Shown in pieces: positions 60,391-64,000 of a stretch of DNA of 64,000 nt; positions within the stretch are counted from its first letter, which is position 1, and each line of letters starts with the position of its first letter. The notes under the pieces are model-generated. The model was not told where the DNA came from. It saw only the letters and a list, made by a program, of their open reading frames with translations, and ran no database searches. The DNA lies in contig CM075989.1 of the NCBI GenBank assembly GCA_038087875.1, positions 10,666,001 through 10,730,000 on the forward strand. The letters run 5' to 3'. Made by a program: the position numbers and the translations under genes. The DNA is from Malacoraja senta (Eukaryota).

Positions 60391-61884
60391 CTCCCAAGTA
60401 CAGTTGGCTGCCCTCCCAGCAGGTATTGCTATAGCTCAACACAATTCCCTTAGAACATCAATAAGTCACTCCAAGGGCCTCTTGGGTGGCATGGATGAGA
60501 TGGACTGAAGGGCCCGTTTCCGTGCTGTATGACACTGCTACAGGGCTGGAAAGCAGCAGAATTGGATCCTGACTCTATATTGTTAGCAGGCATCAAACGG
60601 AGCAAACAAAGTTGGTCCTCAGTGTGGCATGACTGCAGAGGGTGAATTATTCAACTGGATCAGGCATTGCAGCCTTTCCCTGCAGTCGCTTGTGTGAGTA
60701 TGGACAACTGCAAATAAACTTCCTCTGATGCCTTTCAGAATGTCCTGAGTGCTGTTTGAATGTGGCTTTCTGGTGGTGTGGAAACACAGCTATCTCTCTT
60801 GCACGTCTAAACTCAGCAAGTTTCCACAACCTCCATGGGAACATTCTGTTTGTAGTGGCATTAATTCAGTAACCATATTGGCCAGGATGCTGGGAGAGTG
60901 CTTCAAAAAAGCATCACAATGGCCTTCTAATATATTTTATTAAGTTCTTAATTATTATAGAATTGCCAAACGGTATTTTGTCTATTGTGACCGTATTTTG
61001 AGGGGGGGTGGGGTGGGGGAAGGGGGAGGGGAGGTTGGGGGGGAGAGTGACATTGTGGAGGGAATTGTTGGTTGATAAATTCTCTGTGGTACAATGAATG
61101 GTGGAATCTAGTCAAGAATATTCGTATTCTTGTTAACTTTTATGTTTTCCTGTTAATGGAACAACAATGGAATTTAGCAAGGACAAGCTGTGTCTTGGGA
61201 GTGATTATCTGTGATTTGTCTTCTGCTGGGATCCAATTTCTGATGCATTTAGGCTTTGCTAAATTAAAGCCAGTTTGACACAACACCCAGCAAAATCACT
61301 GTTGCACAAGTCATTATTGTATCTCACTATGCCTAAGAATGATTGATGGGTTATTCATGTTACTGACTCCTGATTTCTTGCATCTCTGATTCCTGTTGCA
61401 TTAAGGCTGCAAATTAGCTGCCAAACCAGTTACAGATTCAGCCTGTTCTTTTTTACAAGATCAAAACAGATTTTTTTTTTATCATGTGAATCATTGGTTC
61501 TGAACATTTTATTTCAATTGGTGATTGGCGTAATCAAGAAGGAGTATTGTTATAAGTACAAGCCTATTTCGTGCAATTTAAAATAACTGGTATGCATAAT
61601 GTTATTTGTTCAATGGAGGCACTAGAGATTGCCAATGTTGCAATCTGGAGAAAAAAGAAACAGCTGAAGGAACTCAATGGGTCCAGCAGCAGCTGTGGAT
61701 GCAAGGGGATCTACGGAGGTTGCCTGACCTCTAGAGTTCCTCCAGCAGTTTATTTGCTCAGTTTTTGTAATACTGAGCAAACAAGTCAAAATCTAATATT
61801 CATACCATATCCTTTGTTAAATCTGTTTTAGAAGCATTTGAGGTCTAGTGATTGACATTTTTATAGTTTTGAGAATTAAGATCA

Positions 61885-62310
61885 TAGGACATGGGAGCAG
61901 AATTAGACCATGTGGTTCTGCCATTCGATCAGGGCTGATCTATTTTCCATCTCAAACCCATTCTCCTGCCTTTTCCCAGTAACATTGACACCCTTACTAA
62001 TGAAGAACCTGCCAATCTCTGATTTAAAAATTACCCAATGACGTGGCCTCCACAGCCATCTGTGGCAATGAATTCCTCAGAGTCACCACCCTCTGGCTAA
62101 AAGAATTCCTCCTCATCTCCATTTGAAAGGTTTTATTCGGGGGTTGTGCTTTCTGGTCCTGGACTCTCCCACAACTGGAAATATACTCTCCACATTCACT
62201 CTATCTAGTTCTTTTGTTATTCAGCAGGTTTCAATGTGATGCCTCCCCTCATCTTATTAAACGCCAGCACGTACATGCCCAGAACCATCAAACACTCCTC
62301 ATGCGTTAAT
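61885..62310 (-). mobile_element. CR1 3' fragment
   Basis: Reverse-complement CR1 C-terminus and tail (GGCCTCCACAGCC.TCTGTGGCAATGAATTCC). Confidence 0.8.
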
Positions 62311-63071
62311 CTTTCACACTGGATGAATAAAAGTGAGCTTGTGGGATGACAGATCCACCTTGCACAGAACTAATGGCGCACTGTTTCAGCACCCCATGAT
62401 GTTCCATTGTATCTCCACTGCCAGGCTTTGAAACCTTCATCTCTACAAGGGTATGAACTATATAGCAATCTATATATCAGAGGACCAGCAATCAAACTGC
62501 TGTTTGTATTTGAATTCTTCTCCCACATTATTTCTCCCACTGCAGTCTCAGCTGGCAGCATTAGCCAGCCCTTTCTGAAGAGGTGAAGATAATAATTGTT
62601 ATTTCACTCTCAAATGGGCCTCTCGACGAGAGGATATCATTGATGGTGTTTTGGAGATGACAAAGGGATACATTCCTATGCACCCTTCTTCCCAAAGAGA
62701 TCAGTGAGGATATAGAAACGACATAGAAGGGAAAAAAAGCCCTATTTGTAATGCACTCATTGACACGCTTGCACTTTTATCTTGTAAAAATTTCAAGTTC
62801 AAACATGAAACATTTGAATTTATTTATATTGTAGGGAATTAGGTAACTCTACTTTTGAAAATCTGGGTATGTCATTAATTCTCACGAGAAGAAAACAACT
62901 AGGTAACACTTTCAAAGGTAGACAATTCCCTATTTAATCCTGCTTAATGGATGTGCTTATGGTGATGTTACAAACTAATTCCGGATATATAGAGCAATTT
63001 AAAATATTTCAGATATAGTTTCCTGTGTAAATGGGACTACAGGTTTTATTACAGATGAATACAGAATTGGC

Positions 63072-63868
63072 AAAGTTCAAGTTCGCATTTATTGCCACCT
63101 GCACCAATTAAGGTACAGTGGAATTTGATTTACCATGCAGCCACACAGTCAAAAACAGCACAATACACAATAGAATGTAACATGAACATCCACCCCAGTG
63201 GAATCAACATTCTTCATTGTGGTGGAAGGCAATAACATTCAGTCAGTCCTCCTTTGTTCATCCGTGGTCGGGGCCATGAACCCTCCACAGTTGCCGCTAT
63301 GGACGGCCCGATGTACAGGCCCTCTCATCGGGAGGCTCAAAGCTCCGACGTCGGGACGGATGGACATTCTGCAGCTTGGAGGTCCCGAATCGGCCGCTTC
63401 CTACCGGAGACCGCATCTTCACGATGTTATAGGCCGCAGGCCGACGGTCGGAGCTCTTCTCCGGCGATCCCCGGCAAGGGATCCCAGACTCCACGATGGA
63501 AAGTCCACGTCGCGCCCGTGGCTATAAGCACCGCAGACCGCGGCTTCAGGATGTTGTAGTCCGCGGGCCAGCGATCAGAGCACTTCTTCTGGTGACCCCC
63601 CGGCAAGGAATCGCCCTGTTCCGCTGCTGAAGCTCTGGACACGACTCTGGGAGAGGCCGCACCAATCCAAGCTGTTAGGCCGCGAGGGAGGGCGAAATGC
63701 AACTAGGAGAAACGTCGCATTCCGCCGAGGTGAGTGACTAAAAAACATCCCCCTTCCCCGCCCCCACCCCCCCACACTAAAACACACTTTTAGACATACT
63801 AAAAACAAAAATAAGTCAAAAGGACGAACAGCTGCTGGCGAGGCTGCCGGCTCGCAGCGCCACCGGGA
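63072..63868 (-). mobile_element. GC-rich non-autonomous retroposon (copy B)
   Basis: Minus-strand start CCCGGTGGCGCTG..., T-rich then G-rich block, shared core CCTCCACAGT.GCCGCTATGG, AATAAA and (GAACTT)n tail; colinear with 536-1360. Confidence 0.7.
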
Positions 63869-64000
63869 ATACTAATTTAATCCTGATGTCCAGAGATTCC
63901 GGAGTCATGGAATCATCAGTCTTTTCTCGCTGATGCTGCCTGCCGTGCTGAATATTACCAGCACTTTTCATTTGATTCAGTAACGATAACTCAGTGTGTG

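Noticed and set aside
60647..60844. 65-aa minus-strand ORF as a terminal exon of another gene
   Set aside because: No recognisable homology, convincing acceptor or partner exons
42661..64000. Human neighbour RPLP1 downstream (and PAQR5 upstream)
   Set aside because: No recognisable exons of either gene within the window

Overview
Vertebrate genomic DNA; the repeat content (CR1 tails, tRNA-derived SINE, abundant Penelope terminal repeats) suggests a cartilaginous fish such as a skate or ray (inference). The window holds one complete protein-coding gene on the + strand, KIF23 (MKLP1/CHO1, kinesin-6 subunit of centralspindlin). I traced it by hand as 24 coding exons from ATG 6017 to TAA 41860, all GT-AG and phase-consistent (2943 nt, 980 aa with both cassette exons). 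It has a CCAAT-box/CDE-CHR G2/M-type promoter preceded by a ~700-bp polypurine tract. The rest is transposon-rich: a full-length disabled L1 with a 13-bp TSD nested in a Penelope-like element, many Penelope terminal repeats carrying minimal hammerhead-ribozyme motifs, two PIF/Harbinger-type MITEs (one with ~1.5 kb cargo), CR1/RTE fragments, SINEs, and a GC-rich non-autonomous retroposon family. The most interesting unexplained signals are a candidate RBFOX-flanked poison exon and alternative terminal exons in the KIF23 tail region, an intron end matching a human coding peptide, and a tandem/inverted hammerhead cluster. No other host gene could be identified with confidence.
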